Assembly (NCBI GenBank): GCA_040386535.1
Contig: JAZKFH010000046.1
Span: forward strand, 17,785-81,784
Source of the DNA: Myxococcota bacterium
Lineage (GTDB): Bacteria; Myxococcota_A; UBA796; SXON01
Direction: 5' to 3'
Length of the DNA: 64,000 nt
Part shown: piece by piece, positions 1-14,517 of the stretch
Layout of the letters: each line of letters opens with the position of its first letter
Numbering within the stretch: position 1 is the stretch's first letter
Notes under the pieces: model-generated
Told to the model about the DNA's origin: nothing
The model's database searches: none
What the model saw: only the letters and a program-made list of their open reading frames with translations
Translations under genes and position numbers: made by a program

Positions 1-2226
1 AAGCCCGATACGGCGGGCGCCGATGACACCGCGGTCGACACCGATGACACGGACGACACCGATGACACGGACGACACGGACACCGATGACACCGACGACA
101 CCGACATCGTCGAGGACGTCGACGCCGACGGCTTCACCGTCGCCCAGGGCGACTGCGACGACGAGGATGCCGCTCTCTTCCCAGGCGCTGACGAGGTGTG
201 TGACGGGCTCGACCAGGACTGCGACGGGGTGGTCGACGAGGGCGTGACCGGCACGTTCTGGGCCGACGCGGACGGCGACGGCTACGGCGATCCCGCCACC
301 TCGGTCGAGGCCTGCGCGGGCGCGGCGGCGAACGACGACGACTGCGATGACACGCGCGCCGACGTGAACCCGGCGGCAACGGAAGTGTGTGACGACGTCG
401 ACAGCGATTGTGACGGGGCGGTGGACGAGGAGGGCCTGACCCTCTGGTTCACGGACGCCGATGGTGACACGTTCGGGGACCCGACGACCGGCGCCCTCGA
501 TTGTGCGCCGGAGGGCCGCGTCGCGAGCTGGGAGGACTGTGACGACGCCGACGCCGCCGTGTTCCCCGGCGCGACGGAGGTGTGTGACGGCGTGGACCAG
601 GACTGTGACGGCGGCGCCGACGAGGGCCTCACCAGCACCTGGTACATCGACTACGACAGCGACGGGTACGGGTCGGACGCGTACACCCGCGGCGGGTGCA
701 CCCAGCCGGACGGTTATGTCGCCGCGGACGAAGATTGTGATGACACCGAAGGCGCGATCAACCCCGGCGCGCCCGAGGTGTGCAACACCTGGGACGACGA
801 CTGCGACGGGGAGATCGACGAGGACTCGGCCGCGGACGCCTCGACCTGGTACGTGGACGCCGACGGGGACGGGTGGGGTGACACCTCGTCGCCCGTCGTC
901 GCTTGTGACACTCCGGACGGATTCGTGGCGCCCGACGGCGACTGTGACGACACGGACGCCACGGCGTACCCCGGCGCGCCCGAACGGTACGACGGCACGG
1001 ACGACGATTGTGACGGCGCCATCGACGACAACACGTGGGTCGGCACCGGCGCGGACGGCGCGCTCTCCGTCACCGGCGTGGTCGATCTGTCCACGGACGC
1101 CTCCGGGGACCGCGCCTACGCGGACGGGGCGTCCTACGTCGTGACCGCGCTCGGCGACGACACGGTCACGCTCGCGACGGCGGCGGGCGGGTTGGCGGCC
1201 GGCGACGAGGTGCTCCTTGTCAACCTCCAGGGCACGACCGCAGCCTACGGATCCGTCGGCGCCTACGAGTTCGGGTGGGTGGCCTCGGTGTCGGGGAGCA
1301 CGGTGACCTTGGAGACGGCGGTCGCCGAGACCTACGGCGCGGTGAGCAACGTGGACCTCACCGGGCAGGTCGTGACGCTCGTGCGCGTGCCGCAATACAC
1401 CGACGTGACCGTCGGCACGGCCGGGATGCTCACCACGGGCGCTTGGGACGGCGCCACGGGCGGCGTGTTGGCCTTCCGGGCCACTGGGACCGTGTCGATC
1501 GCGGCGGGCGGCAGCATCGTGATGGACGAGGCGGGGTACGCGGGCGGATCGACCGGCACGTCGTACAACTACGACGCGTTCCAGGGCGAGTCCTACGGCG
1601 GAGAGGGCCAGGGCGACGGGGCGATCGGCTACAACGAGTACCTCGGCTGGTGGGCCAACAACCTCGGCGCGGGCGGGGCGCACGTCACCGGGGGTGGTGG
1701 CAACCACGGGGGCGGGGCGACCGCGGGTGACAGTTGGAACGGCGGCCCGGCGACGCCGCCCGAGGCGGGTGACACGTACGGAGATGTCGACCTCTCCCGC
1801 CTGTTCCTCGGCTCCGGCGGCGGCGGCGTGTGGCGTGGCACTTCGTCCCCGGGGCCCGGCGGGGGCGGCGGCGGCATCGTGTTCGTAGGCGCGAGCGCCG
1901 TCACGGCAGAGGGCGCGGCGGCCCTCACCACGATGGGCGGGACCACGCCCTACTGGGCGACCGGCACGTGGACCTACGGGGCGGGCGGCGGCGCGGGCGG
2001 GAGCATCTGGATCGTCGCGGACACGCTCACGTTGGCGGCGGGCGCCATCGACGCGCAGGGCGGGCTCGGGGAGTCCACCCACATCCGCGCCGGTGGCGAC
2101 GGCGGCGTGGGCCGCGTGCGCGTGGACTGTGTCGCCGTCAACGGGGCCGCGTGCGCCACGGCGTCCGGCGGCGCGGCGCTCGACACCGCCGCCGAACCCG
2201 ACGCGGGCTACGTCTCGGCGCCCTGA
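1..2226 (+). CDS. 5'-truncated MopE-like (putative metal-binding motif) repeat protein with C-terminal Gly-rich adhesin-like domain
   Basis: Frame is open from base 1 (KPDTAGADDT...). DT-rich linker, repeated DCDD..P.A.E.CDG.D.DCDG units, then a GDEVLLVNLQG...VRVPQYTDVTV...GGVLAFRA domain and GAGGGAGGSI Gly-rich tracts. Confidence 0.85.
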   Translation, partial: KPDTAGADDTAVDTDDTDDTDDTDDTDTDDTDDTDIVEDVDADGFTVAQGDCDDEDAALFPGADEVCDGLDQDCDGVVDEGVTGTFWADADGDGYGDPATSVEACAGAAANDDDCDDTRADVNPAATEVCDDVDSDCDGAVDEEGLTLWFTDADGDTFGDPTTGALDCAPEGRVASWEDCDDADAAVFPGATEVCDGVDQDCDGGADEGLTSTWYIDYDSDGYGSDAYTRGGCTQPDGYVAADEDCDDTEGAINPGAPEVCNTWDDDCDGEIDEDSAADASTWYVDADGDGWGDTSSPVVACDTPDGFVAPDGDCDDTDATAYPGAPERYDGTDDDCDGAIDDNTWVGTGADGALSVTGVVDLSTDASGDRAYADGASYVVTALGDDTVTLATAAGGLAAGDEVLLVNLQGTTAAYGSVGAYEFGWVASVSGSTVTLETAVAETYGAVSNVDLTGQVVTLVRVPQYTDVTVGTAGMLTTGAWDGATGGVLAFRATGTVSIAAGGSIVMDEAGYAGGSTGTSYNYDAFQGESYGGEGQGDGAIGYNEYLGWWANNLGAGGAHVTGGGGNHGGGATAGDSWNGGPATPPEAGDTYGDVDLSRLFLGSGGGGVWRGTSSPGPGGGGGGIVFVGASAVTAEGAAALTTMGGTTPYWATGTWTYGAGGGAGGSIWIVADTLTLAAGAIDAQGGLGESTHIRAGGDGGVGRVRVDCVAVNGAACATASGGAALDTAAEPDAGYVSAP

Positions 2227-2248
2227 GGGCTACGCGAACCGGTGGGCG

Positions 2249-3463
2249 CTACCCGCGTGGGTCGCGCCGCCGGCCCACGATCGCCACCACCCCGACCGCG
2301 AGCGCCAGGAGCCCCGCCGGACCGCCGTTCCCGCCACAGGAGCAGGACTTCCCGGAGTCGAGCTCCTCGCAGGTGTCGATACACTTGTGGTTGAGCTTGG
2401 TGTCGTCGGCAAAGGACGTCACCTTCGGCTCCGTGATCTGGGAGTGGTAGAGGGTGAGGTCCTCGTCGGCCTGCTCCGGGGTGTAGCGGGCGTGGATGCG
2501 CGTCAGGAAGTGCTGCTGGGGGCCGCCCACGAACCCGAGCGCGGCGAGGTGTGTCTCGTCGATCGAGACGTTGGAGCAGGGGTTGCAGTCGCCCCAGGTG
2601 CCGGCGTACTCGACCGTCCACGCCGCGTCGTCCTGCTCCGCCCAGAACGTGCGGAAGCGGTCCTCGTAGAAGGTCTCGAAGTCGTCCACCGCGGGGTCGC
2701 CCCAGATGCATTGGGAGGTGACGTCGAACTCGGGGTAGTTGGAGATTCCGGCCCGGCCGTCCGCGGTGTCGTTGATCGCGTAGATGACCATCTCCTGCTC
2801 GCCGGGCGAGTTGAGCGTTGCGAGGCGGAGCGGGATCGCGAAGACGTCGCTGTCGTATTGGATCTGGAGCGGAGAGAGCGGGGTGCCGTCGGCCACCGCC
2901 GCGGCGTCCGCCACCTTGGCCGCGAGAAAAAAGCTCCCCGCGTCGATGTACTCGGCGAGCCGGGGCTCGGCGCCGGGCGGCAGGTAGTAGCCGTTCTCGT
3001 CGAGCCACGTCCCGAGGGCGGTCGACTCCTCCGAGGAGAGGATGGTGATCTGGTACTCGCCGACGAGGTACTCGGCCTCGACGGTGACACCACCCCCGTC
3101 GTCGGGGGCGGAGGAGAGGTTGTAGTCGTTCCCGAGCGAAGGCCATTGGAAGGTGGGGCACCCCGCGTCCGCCACGTGGCGGGCCCCGGAGTAGGCGTCG
3201 AGCGTGGCGAACACGAGCGGATCCAACGTGCGGATCTGGCTCTCTTCCAAGAGCTCCGGCACCGGGAGCACCAGCGCGAAGCCCTGCCCCTCCCCGAGGG
3301 GGTTGATCGACACGGAGAAGGTCGTGGAGTTTCCCTGGCGGACGATCGCGACTTGCGCGGTCTCGAAGCTCAAGGGCGAGGTCGTGCCTGTCGCGATCGT
3401 GGGGCAGGCGTGGGCGAGGGGGGCCGAGAGGGTGAGAGCGAGGGAGAGCAACATCCCGAACAT
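2249..3463 (-). CDS. DUF2330-family secreted protein with MYXO-CTERM-like anchor
   Basis: Signal peptide ..AHAC; motifs FALVLPVP, WLDENGY, FFLAAKV, IPLRL, FLTRIHARY; C-terminus CSCGG + hydrophobic helix + RRR. Confidence 0.75.
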   Translation of the reverse strand: MFGMLLSLALTLSAPLAHACPTIATGTTSPLSFETAQVAIVRQGNSTTFSVSINPLGEGQGFALVLPVPELLEESQIRTLDPLVFATLDAYSGARHVADAGCPTFQWPSLGNDYNLSSAPDDGGGVTVEAEYLVGEYQITILSSEESTALGTWLDENGYYLPPGAEPRLAEYIDAGSFFLAAKVADAAAVADGTPLSPLQIQYDSDVFAIPLRLATLNSPGEQEMVIYAINDTADGRAGISNYPEFDVTSQCIWGDPAVDDFETFYEDRFRTFWAEQDDAAWTVEYAGTWGDCNPCSNVSIDETHLAALGFVGGPQQHFLTRIHARYTPEQADEDLTLYHSQITEPKVTSFADDTKLNHKCIDTCEELDSGKSCSCGGNGGPAGLLALAVGVVAIVGRRRDPRG

Positions 3464-3613
3464 GTAAGCGTGAACCCTGGAGTTCGCGCTGAAATTCCTG
3501 GCGGGCCGAGCGCCTGGCTCAATCCTGGCTCAAGGCGCTCGCTTCCGGAGCGATCCCCCACGCGCGGAGTAGCTTGGTCCGACCAAACGCCGCCTGCCGG
3601 CACCGGAGCAAGC

Positions 3614-4999
3614 ATGCACATCCTCCTCCTCGCGATCCCCGCCGTCCACGCCGTCGTCCCGGCGGAAGTCACGCGCACCCAAGCGCCCGACGCCGCGTAC
3701 GGGAGCAGCATCGGGCTCGACATCAACGACGACGGCCGCGTGCTCGTCGAGGCCGGCGGCGTGCCCGCCTACTGGGACGAGGACGGCACGTTCACGGTGC
3801 TCGAGGGCTCCCAGTACCCGTCCGTGTACGATCTGAACGAGGCCGGGCAGACCGTGGGCGGAGGGGTGGACGGGTTCCTCTGGAACGCGGACGGCACGAT
3901 CGCGCAGACCGTCGAGCTCGGCACGCGCGTGATGGCCTACCGGCTCAACGATCTCGGGGACTTCGTCGGGACGTGGCACAATTGGCCGTACACGACGATG
4001 CAGGCGTTCGCCTGGTTCACGACGACCGGAGCGGTGGAGATCACGGGGTTCGAGCGGACGCCGGAGTACGTCTGGCCCTCGGTCAACAACCCCGGCCAGG
4101 TGAGCGGGTACTACCGCGACACCAACGATGACTTCCACTGCTGGTACTGGAGCCGGACGGACGGCTACATGGAGATCTCCGAGGTCTCCGGGGACTGTAT
4201 CGCCGGCCGGATGACCGATGCCGGGGTGCTCGCGGGCACGTTCCTGGCGAACACCGGCTCCGACACGCCGTTCGTTTGGTCGGTGGAGGGTGGGCTGGAG
4301 CTGCTCGAGCTGCCCGTCGGCTACTGGGGTTGGACGGGGGGGATGAACCGCCAGGGGTGGGTGACCGGCTGGGGCGAGGACGCGAGCGGCGCCTCCGTGG
4401 GGCTCGTCTGGGACGGTTCGGGCGCGCTCGTGCACGAGATCCGCGACGAGCGGTGGCCCACGCTGCGGTTCCGGGACATCAACGACCAGGGGCACGTGTC
4501 GGGCGTGGGAGAGACCGCCAGCGGCCACGTCGAAGCGCTGTTCTGGAGCGAGGCGACCGGGCTGGTGCTCCTGCCGGGCATCGGTGGCACGAGCACGTTC
4601 GCGGGCGGCCTCAACGAGCTCGACCAGGTCGTCGGCACGGGGAAGGACGCCGCGGGCCGCCAGCACGCCCTCCGCTGGGACGTCTCCTACGACACCGAGG
4701 TGCCGGTGGACGAGGCCCTCCAGGAGATCGTCACCTTCGTCGACGCCGCCGTGGCCGCCGGGACGCTCGTGGGCTCGGGGAGGGGCGGCTCCGCGGACGG
4801 CCGGCTCGCCGCGCTCGTCAACATGCTGGAGGCGGTAGAAGATCTGCTCGCCGTGGGTGACGTGGACGGCGCGCGGGAGCAGCTCCTCGCCGTGCTCGAC
4901 CGCACCGACGGCGCGCCTCAGCCCCCCGACTTCGTCGCGGGCTCGGCCGCGGCGGAGCTCGCCGCCCGCGTGACGGAGCTCCTGGCCGAGCTGGAGTAG
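3614..4999 (+). CDS. Secreted HAF-type extracellular repeat protein with helical C-terminal domain
   Basis: ATG 3614 after GGAG. Repeated INDxGQVVG...AF.W units (DINDDGRV, DLNEAGQTVG, LNDLGDFVG, INDQGHVSG, LNELDQVVG..HALRW). Confidence 0.75.
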   Translation: MHILLLAIPAVHAVVPAEVTRTQAPDAAYGSSIGLDINDDGRVLVEAGGVPAYWDEDGTFTVLEGSQYPSVYDLNEAGQTVGGGVDGFLWNADGTIAQTVELGTRVMAYRLNDLGDFVGTWHNWPYTTMQAFAWFTTTGAVEITGFERTPEYVWPSVNNPGQVSGYYRDTNDDFHCWYWSRTDGYMEISEVSGDCIAGRMTDAGVLAGTFLANTGSDTPFVWSVEGGLELLELPVGYWGWTGGMNRQGWVTGWGEDASGASVGLVWDGSGALVHEIRDERWPTLRFRDINDQGHVSGVGETASGHVEALFWSEATGLVLLPGIGGTSTFAGGLNELDQVVGTGKDAAGRQHALRWDVSYDTEVPVDEALQEIVTFVDAAVAAGTLVGSGRGGSADGRLAALVNMLEAVEDLLAVGDVDGAREQLLAVLDRTDGAPQPPDFVAGSAAAELAARVTELLAELE

Positions 5000-5039
5000 G
5001 CCGAGCGCGCGCCAAACGAGAGCGGCGGGACCACCACGT

Positions 5040-5630
<591 letters not shown>

Positions 5631-5841
5631 GGACCAGGCCCTCCGATGGCCCGGCGCATTGTACGAGGCTCGGCCCAGGCTCGCGCGGTGAACCTGGAGC
5701 GCGGGCCCGGCGGAATCGGGCCCGGCGGCCGGAACCAACGTCTCCGCCGAGCGTTCCACGGCCATGTCCCTCGTCTTTCGATCGGGGGCCGGGGGGTGGT
5801 CGCGAGGCCGCGCATCGGGTACCCCGTGCCGAGGAGTACGC

Positions 5842-7251
5842 GTGCGCCCTACCCATCGGCCCTTCGTCGCGAGTCTGATCGTGTTCGCGGCGTGCAGCCC
5901 CGACTACAAGCTCGACCGCACCGCCGCGCGAGTCGTGGTGAGCCCGGGCCTCGTGGACGTGGGTGTGGTGGCGATCGGCGGCTCCACCTCCGGCGAGATC
6001 ACGGTCACGAGCGTGGCGGGAGGCGACGTCGAGGTGGTCGCCGCCGAGCTCCTCGTGCTCGAAGGGGACGGGTTTTCGGTCGGAACGCTCCCCGTGGTGC
6101 CGCAGGAGGGCGCCGCGGCGCTCACCGTCAGCTTCTCCCCGTCCGAGGTGGGGTACCACCTCGCCCGCCTCACCCTCACGACCGACGAGCCAAGGAACAA
6201 CCTCCACGTCGTCGATCTGCGCGGCGCCGCGGGCATCGCCGCCGCCGAGGTGTGGCCCTCCGTGCTCGATTTCGGCCCGGTAGGCGCGGGCACCACCGCG
6301 GATCTGCCCTTCACCTTCGCGAACACCGGCGACATCGATCTGACGGTCGGCTCCGGCATCCTGGAGGGTGGCGGCCCCTTCACGCTCTCGACGGCCACGC
6401 CGGTGCACGTCGTCGCGGGGGACACCGCCGCCTTCGTCGTCACCTTCTCCCCGATCGACGCCGCGCCGGCCGGCAGCGCGCTCTCCTTCCTGCTGGACGC
6501 GGTCTCGCCGGTCCTGACGCTCCGCGGCAACGACTGCGCGAACGGCACCGCCGCCCGCTACGACACCGACGGCGACGGCTACACCACCTGCGCGCCCGAC
6601 TGTGACGACGGCCGCGCGGACGTACACCCCGGCGCCGCCGAGAGTTGTGACGGCGCCGACGAGGACTGTGACGGCCGGGTGGACGAGGGCACGCCCTGCG
6701 CGGACGACGATGGCGACGGCGTGACGGAGGACGACGGGGACTGCAACGACGGCGACGCCACGGTTGCCCCCACCGCGGCCGAGACCCCCGACAACGGCGT
6801 GGACGACGACTGTGACGGCGTCATCGACCGCGGCACCGAGGACACCGACGGCGACGGCTACGCGACCGAGGGCGGCGACTGCGCTCCGGCCGACCCGAGC
6901 GTCTACCCCGGCGCGCCGGAGCTCGAAGACGGCCTGGACAACGACTGCGACGGGCGTACCGACGAGGGCACGTCCCTCTACGACGACGATGGGGACGGCA
7001 TGACCGAGGCCGGCGGCGACTGTGACGACACGGATGCCACGGTCTACGCCGGCGCGCGCGAGGCCGCCGACGGCGCGGACGACGACTGTGACGGCACGGT
7101 CGACGAGGGCACCAGCTTCGGGGACGACGACGGCGACGGGTGGACCGAGACCGGCGGCGACTGCGACGACACCGAGGCCGCGGTGCACCCGGGGGCCGAG
7201 GAGCTCGACGGTGACGGCACCGACAACGACTGCGACGGGACGGTGGAGTGA
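5842..7251 (+). CDS. Lipoprotein with two choice-of-anchor-D Ig-like domains and MopE-like repeats
   Basis: GTG 5842 after GAGGAG; lipobox VFAAC; LDFG.V..G...NTG motifs; C-terminal DCDD repeats. Confidence 0.8.
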   Translation: MRPTHRPFVASLIVFAACSPDYKLDRTAARVVVSPGLVDVGVVAIGGSTSGEITVTSVAGGDVEVVAAELLVLEGDGFSVGTLPVVPQEGAAALTVSFSPSEVGYHLARLTLTTDEPRNNLHVVDLRGAAGIAAAEVWPSVLDFGPVGAGTTADLPFTFANTGDIDLTVGSGILEGGGPFTLSTATPVHVVAGDTAAFVVTFSPIDAAPAGSALSFLLDAVSPVLTLRGNDCANGTAARYDTDGDGYTTCAPDCDDGRADVHPGAAESCDGADEDCDGRVDEGTPCADDDGDGVTEDDGDCNDGDATVAPTAAETPDNGVDDDCDGVIDRGTEDTDGDGYATEGGDCAPADPSVYPGAPELEDGLDNDCDGRTDEGTSLYDDDGDGMTEAGGDCDDTDATVYAGAREAADGADDDCDGTVDEGTSFGDDDGDGWTETGGDCDDTEAAVHPGAEELDGDGTDNDCDGTVE

Positions 7252-7253
7252 CC

Positions 7254-9287
7254 ATGTTGACCCTCCTGCTCCTCTCCGCCCGCGCCTACGCCGACTGCGA
7301 CTCGCTCACCGTCCTGGAGGACTTGACCTGCTCCTCCACCGTGAGCGGACAGATCACGAGCAGCACCGAGAGCGAGCTCGGCGGAACCTCGATCTCGACC
7401 TACTACACGTGCGGTTCGCCGTACGCGCCGCTGTCCCAGACCGCGGGCGACAACGTGTACTCGTTCACGTGCCAGGCCACCGGCACGGTGACGCTGGACG
7501 TGAGCGGGCTCGACTGTGACCTCGACATGTACGTGCTCGGCAGCACGTGCAGCGCGTTCTCCGATTGCGATGCGGGCTCGACCGCGTCGAGCACCAGCAC
7601 CGACTCGGTCACCTTCTCGTGCACCGCGTTTTCGACCTACTACGTGGTCGTCGAGGGCTACGGCTACACCTCCGGCGCGACCGGCTCGGGCCGCTGCCGC
7701 GAGGGTGAGGGGAACTACACCCTGACGTTCGACGTGTCGGCCGGCACCGGCTGCCCCGAGGACTGTGACGACGGCGGGGACGACGACTTCGACGGCGACA
7801 TCGACTGCGACGACCTCGACTGCGAGGACGACCCAGCATGCGCTTGCGACGCGGATGCGGACGGCTACGAGGTCACCACGTGTGGCGGCACCGATTGTGA
7901 CGACACGGACGCCTCCGTGCACCCCGGCGCGACCGAGACCTGCGACGGCGTGGACGAGGACTGTGACGGCACCATCGACGACGGCGCGACCGGCTCGTCC
8001 ACCTGGTACCGGGACGCCGACGGCGACCGCTTTGGCGACGCGCGCACGTCGAGCCGCTCCTGCTCGCCCCCCTCCGGGTACGTCTCCAATGACGACGATT
8101 GCGACGACACCGCCGCCACGGTCTACCCGGGCGCGGACGAGGTCGCGTACGACGGCATCGACCAGGACTGCGACGGGGCCGATGTCACCGACATCGACGG
8201 CGACGGCGAGGACGCCGACTGGGCCGGCGGTACCGACTGCGACGACACGGACGCGAGCGTGTACCCAGGCGCGGCCGAGCGGGCCGACGGGGTGGACGGG
8301 GACTGTGACGGCACGGTCGACGAGGGCACGACCTGGTACGACGACGACGGCGACGGGTGGACCGAGAACGGCGGCGACTGCAACGACGCGGACGCCTCCA
8401 TCTCGGCGGGCACAGTCGAGGTCGCGGACGGCGTGGATCAGGACTGCGACGATCTCATCGACGAGGGCACGACCGCCTACGATGACGACGGGGACGGCAC
8501 CAGCGAGGACCGCGGCGACTGCAACGACGGCGACGCGGCCGTGCGCCCGGGCGCCACGGAGGTGGAGGGAAACGGGATCGACGACGACTGTGACGGCAGC
8601 GTGGACAGCCAGGTCGCGGACCCCGATCTGGACGGCTACGCCTCCGAGCTGGACTGCGCGGCGGACGACGCGACGGTGTACCCGGGCGCTCCCGAGACCG
8701 CGGACGGCGTGGACGACGACTGCGACGGCCTGATCGACGAGGGCACCGGCGCCTACGACGACGACGGCGACGGCGCGTCCGAGGCCGCGGGCGACTGTGA
8801 CGACAGCGACTCCGCCGTGTTCCCGGGCGCGGCGGACGGCGCGAACGGGATCGACGACGACTGCGATGGCGAGGTGGATGAGGGCACGCTCTCCTCCGAC
8901 GACGACGGCGACGGCTTCTCCGAGGAGGGCGGCGACTGTGACGACGCCGACGGGGCCGTGCACCCGGGCGCCGCCGAGACCGCCAACGGCGAGGACGACG
9001 ACTGTGACGGGCGCGCGGACGAGGGCCTGGACGACGCCGATCTCGACGGCGTGACCGCGGCCGAAGGCGACTGTGACGACGAGAACGGCTGGGTGCGGCC
9101 GGATCTGCTCGAGATGTGCGACGGGGTCGACAACAACTGCGACGGGGGCACGGACGAGGGCTGCCCCGACGAGGAGGGCGAGACGCCGGAGGCCGGCCCG
9201 TGTGGGTGTGGCACCGGCGGCGGCGCCGGCGCGGTGGCGCTCGGGCTGGCCCTGGCGCTCGTCAGCGCGCGTCTCCGTCGCAGATGA
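7254..9287 (+). CDS. Secreted PPC-like domain plus MopE-like repeat protein, MYXO-CTERM-like anchor
   Basis: Short signal peptide ..ARAYA; DLDMYVL and YYVVVEGY (PPC-like); many DCDD repeats; ends CGCGTGGG + TM + RLRRR. Confidence 0.8.
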   Translation: MLTLLLLSARAYADCDSLTVLEDLTCSSTVSGQITSSTESELGGTSISTYYTCGSPYAPLSQTAGDNVYSFTCQATGTVTLDVSGLDCDLDMYVLGSTCSAFSDCDAGSTASSTSTDSVTFSCTAFSTYYVVVEGYGYTSGATGSGRCREGEGNYTLTFDVSAGTGCPEDCDDGGDDDFDGDIDCDDLDCEDDPACACDADADGYEVTTCGGTDCDDTDASVHPGATETCDGVDEDCDGTIDDGATGSSTWYRDADGDRFGDARTSSRSCSPPSGYVSNDDDCDDTAATVYPGADEVAYDGIDQDCDGADVTDIDGDGEDADWAGGTDCDDTDASVYPGAAERADGVDGDCDGTVDEGTTWYDDDGDGWTENGGDCNDADASISAGTVEVADGVDQDCDDLIDEGTTAYDDDGDGTSEDRGDCNDGDAAVRPGATEVEGNGIDDDCDGSVDSQVADPDLDGYASELDCAADDATVYPGAPETADGVDDDCDGLIDEGTGAYDDDGDGASEAAGDCDDSDSAVFPGAADGANGIDDDCDGEVDEGTLSSDDDGDGFSEEGGDCDDADGAVHPGAAETANGEDDDCDGRADEGLDDADLDGVTAAEGDCDDENGWVRPDLLEMCDGVDNNCDGGTDEGCPDEEGETPEAGPCGCGTGGGAGAVALGLALALVSARLRRR

Positions 9288-10215
9288 CCGGCCCCTTCTG
9301 GGGGTAGACCATCGCGACGGCGACACACATCTCATGGGGAAAGGAGAGCGTCTCGTCCGTGTCGTTGAACCACTCGCACGTCGTGCGGAAGGTGGTGCCC
9401 GCGGGGAGGAGCAGCTCGTCCTGCGCGTACGTGCTCACCACGGGATCGTCGCGGTACGCGGGGTCCCACTCCTCGACCGCGTAGAACGGGGTCGCGACAG
9501 CGTCCACCATCTGCTCCACGGTGAAGCGGGCGCCCCACTCGTGCATGTGGCCGAGGAACGTGTGGAGGTTCCACGCCTCGGGGGTGGTGCAGGAGAACTC
9601 GGTCGACGAGGCCACGCCGGGCGGGAGCGAGAAGTCCTGGCGGCTGAACACGAACGGGGCCGCCCAGAGGGTGACGGCCTCCGTCGGCACCGTGGCGAGC
9701 ACGGCGAGGTCGCGGACCCGCATGGTGGTGAGCCCGTAGTTGATGTAGTGCGCCTGGAGCACGTAGCGCTGGCCCGCCTCGAGCTCGACCGCCATGCCGT
9801 CCGCGAGCCCCACGCCGAAGTCGGTCGGCACGCCGTCCACGGTGGTGTGCTCGGCGATGATGAGCGGCTCCATGTCGGCCATGGAGAAGGTGCCGCCCTG
9901 GCTGGTGCAGTCCACCACGGTGCCGTCGGGGATGTCGATCGCCGGCGCGGTGGTGCCGAGCAGCTGCAGGTGGTGGCCCCCAAGCGCCTGCCACGTGCGC
10001 ACGGCGTGCAGGCCCACGTCGGGGCCGGTCCACGTGCCGAACGTACACGTCATCACGTCGTCGCCCGGCGCGAGCACGAAGTCGGGGCCCTCGAGCAGCA
10101 CCTCTCCCTCGGCGAGGGCGCCCACGTCGGCGGGGTCGATGCGCGCGTCCTCGACGTCGGGGCCGTCGGGCGCGTCGCCGGGGAGGGTCGTACAGGCGGT
10201 CAGGAGCAGGAGCAT
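9262..10215 (-). CDS. Copper type II (PHM/DBH-like) monooxygenase lipoprotein
   Basis: GHHL, QAHYIN, GHMH and EMC motifs in PHM order; MLLLLTAC start after GAGGTG. Confidence 0.75.
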   Translation of the reverse strand: MLLLLTACTTLPGDAPDGPDVEDARIDPADVGALAEGEVLLEGPDFVLAPGDDVMTCTFGTWTGPDVGLHAVRTWQALGGHHLQLLGTTAPAIDIPDGTVVDCTSQGGTFSMADMEPLIIAEHTTVDGVPTDFGVGLADGMAVELEAGQRYVLQAHYINYGLTTMRVRDLAVLATVPTEAVTLWAAPFVFSRQDFSLPPGVASSTEFSCTTPEAWNLHTFLGHMHEWGARFTVEQMVDAVATPFYAVEEWDPAYRDDPVVSTYAQDELLLPAGTTFRTTCEWFNDTDETLSFPHEMCVAVAMVYPQKGPVICDGDAR

Positions 10216-10222
10216 CGGCACC

Positions 10223-10690
10223 TCAGCAGGGGTGGAGCAGATCCAGGGTCGCGACGATCGGCGTCTCGGCGGCGCCCACCACGAGGACCTTGTTGCTGTT
10301 GGGGACGGTCACCGGATCGGCGCAGTCGCAGCCGTTCGCGTCGCCGTCCAGGCAGGCGAGGACCCACACCGGGCCCGGGTCGAGCGGCGGCGTGGTCGCG
10401 GACACCGCGCTCGCGGCGCCGTCGCCGAGATCGAGCGGCGCGGTGACGAACTCGTAGATGGGCACGGCGCCGTCCAGCGGGCCCGCCGCGGTGCAGTCCG
10501 TCTCGGCGTACACGGCCCCCAACACGGTGCCGGTGGGCGGCTCGGCCATCTCGGGGACGAGGTCGGTGTCCAGCTGGAACGCGACCGCGAGCGTGCCCGG
10601 GTCACCGACGGGTTGGAGGGCGGCGCTGTCGTCCGGGAGCTCGCCCTCTACCGGAACCCCGACACACGCGAACAGGAAAAGGGCCACCAC
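10223..10690 (-). CDS. Hypothetical Cys-containing lipoprotein
   Basis: LFLFAC lipobox; lies immediately upstream of the monooxygenase; codon usage typical for the window. Confidence 0.65.
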   Translation of the reverse strand: MVALFLFACVGVPVEGELPDDSAALQPVGDPGTLAVAFQLDTDLVPEMAEPPTGTVLGAVYAETDCTAAGPLDGAVPIYEFVTAPLDLGDGAASAVSATTPPLDPGPVWVLACLDGDANGCDCADPVTVPNSNKVLVVGAAETPIVATLDLLHPC

Positions 10691-10795
10691 GGGAACCTCG
10701 CCGGCGCGGGCAGGTTCGACGGTTCTCCGCGTCGGACCTCCCGCTTCCAGGAGAGGGATAGTCCCCGCGCGGGGTGTCGGCGCGGGCTCGTCGCT

Positions 10796-14404
<3,609 letters not shown>

Positions 14405-14517
14405 GCGGGGCTCCGAGGCGAGGAAGGGGCGGTGGTGCCGCAGCCTACCTCGCCGTCCGAAGCCCGCCTGACTCACGTCTGGCTCAAACCGGGCTCACCA
14501 CGCGTCCACCCCCTCCG

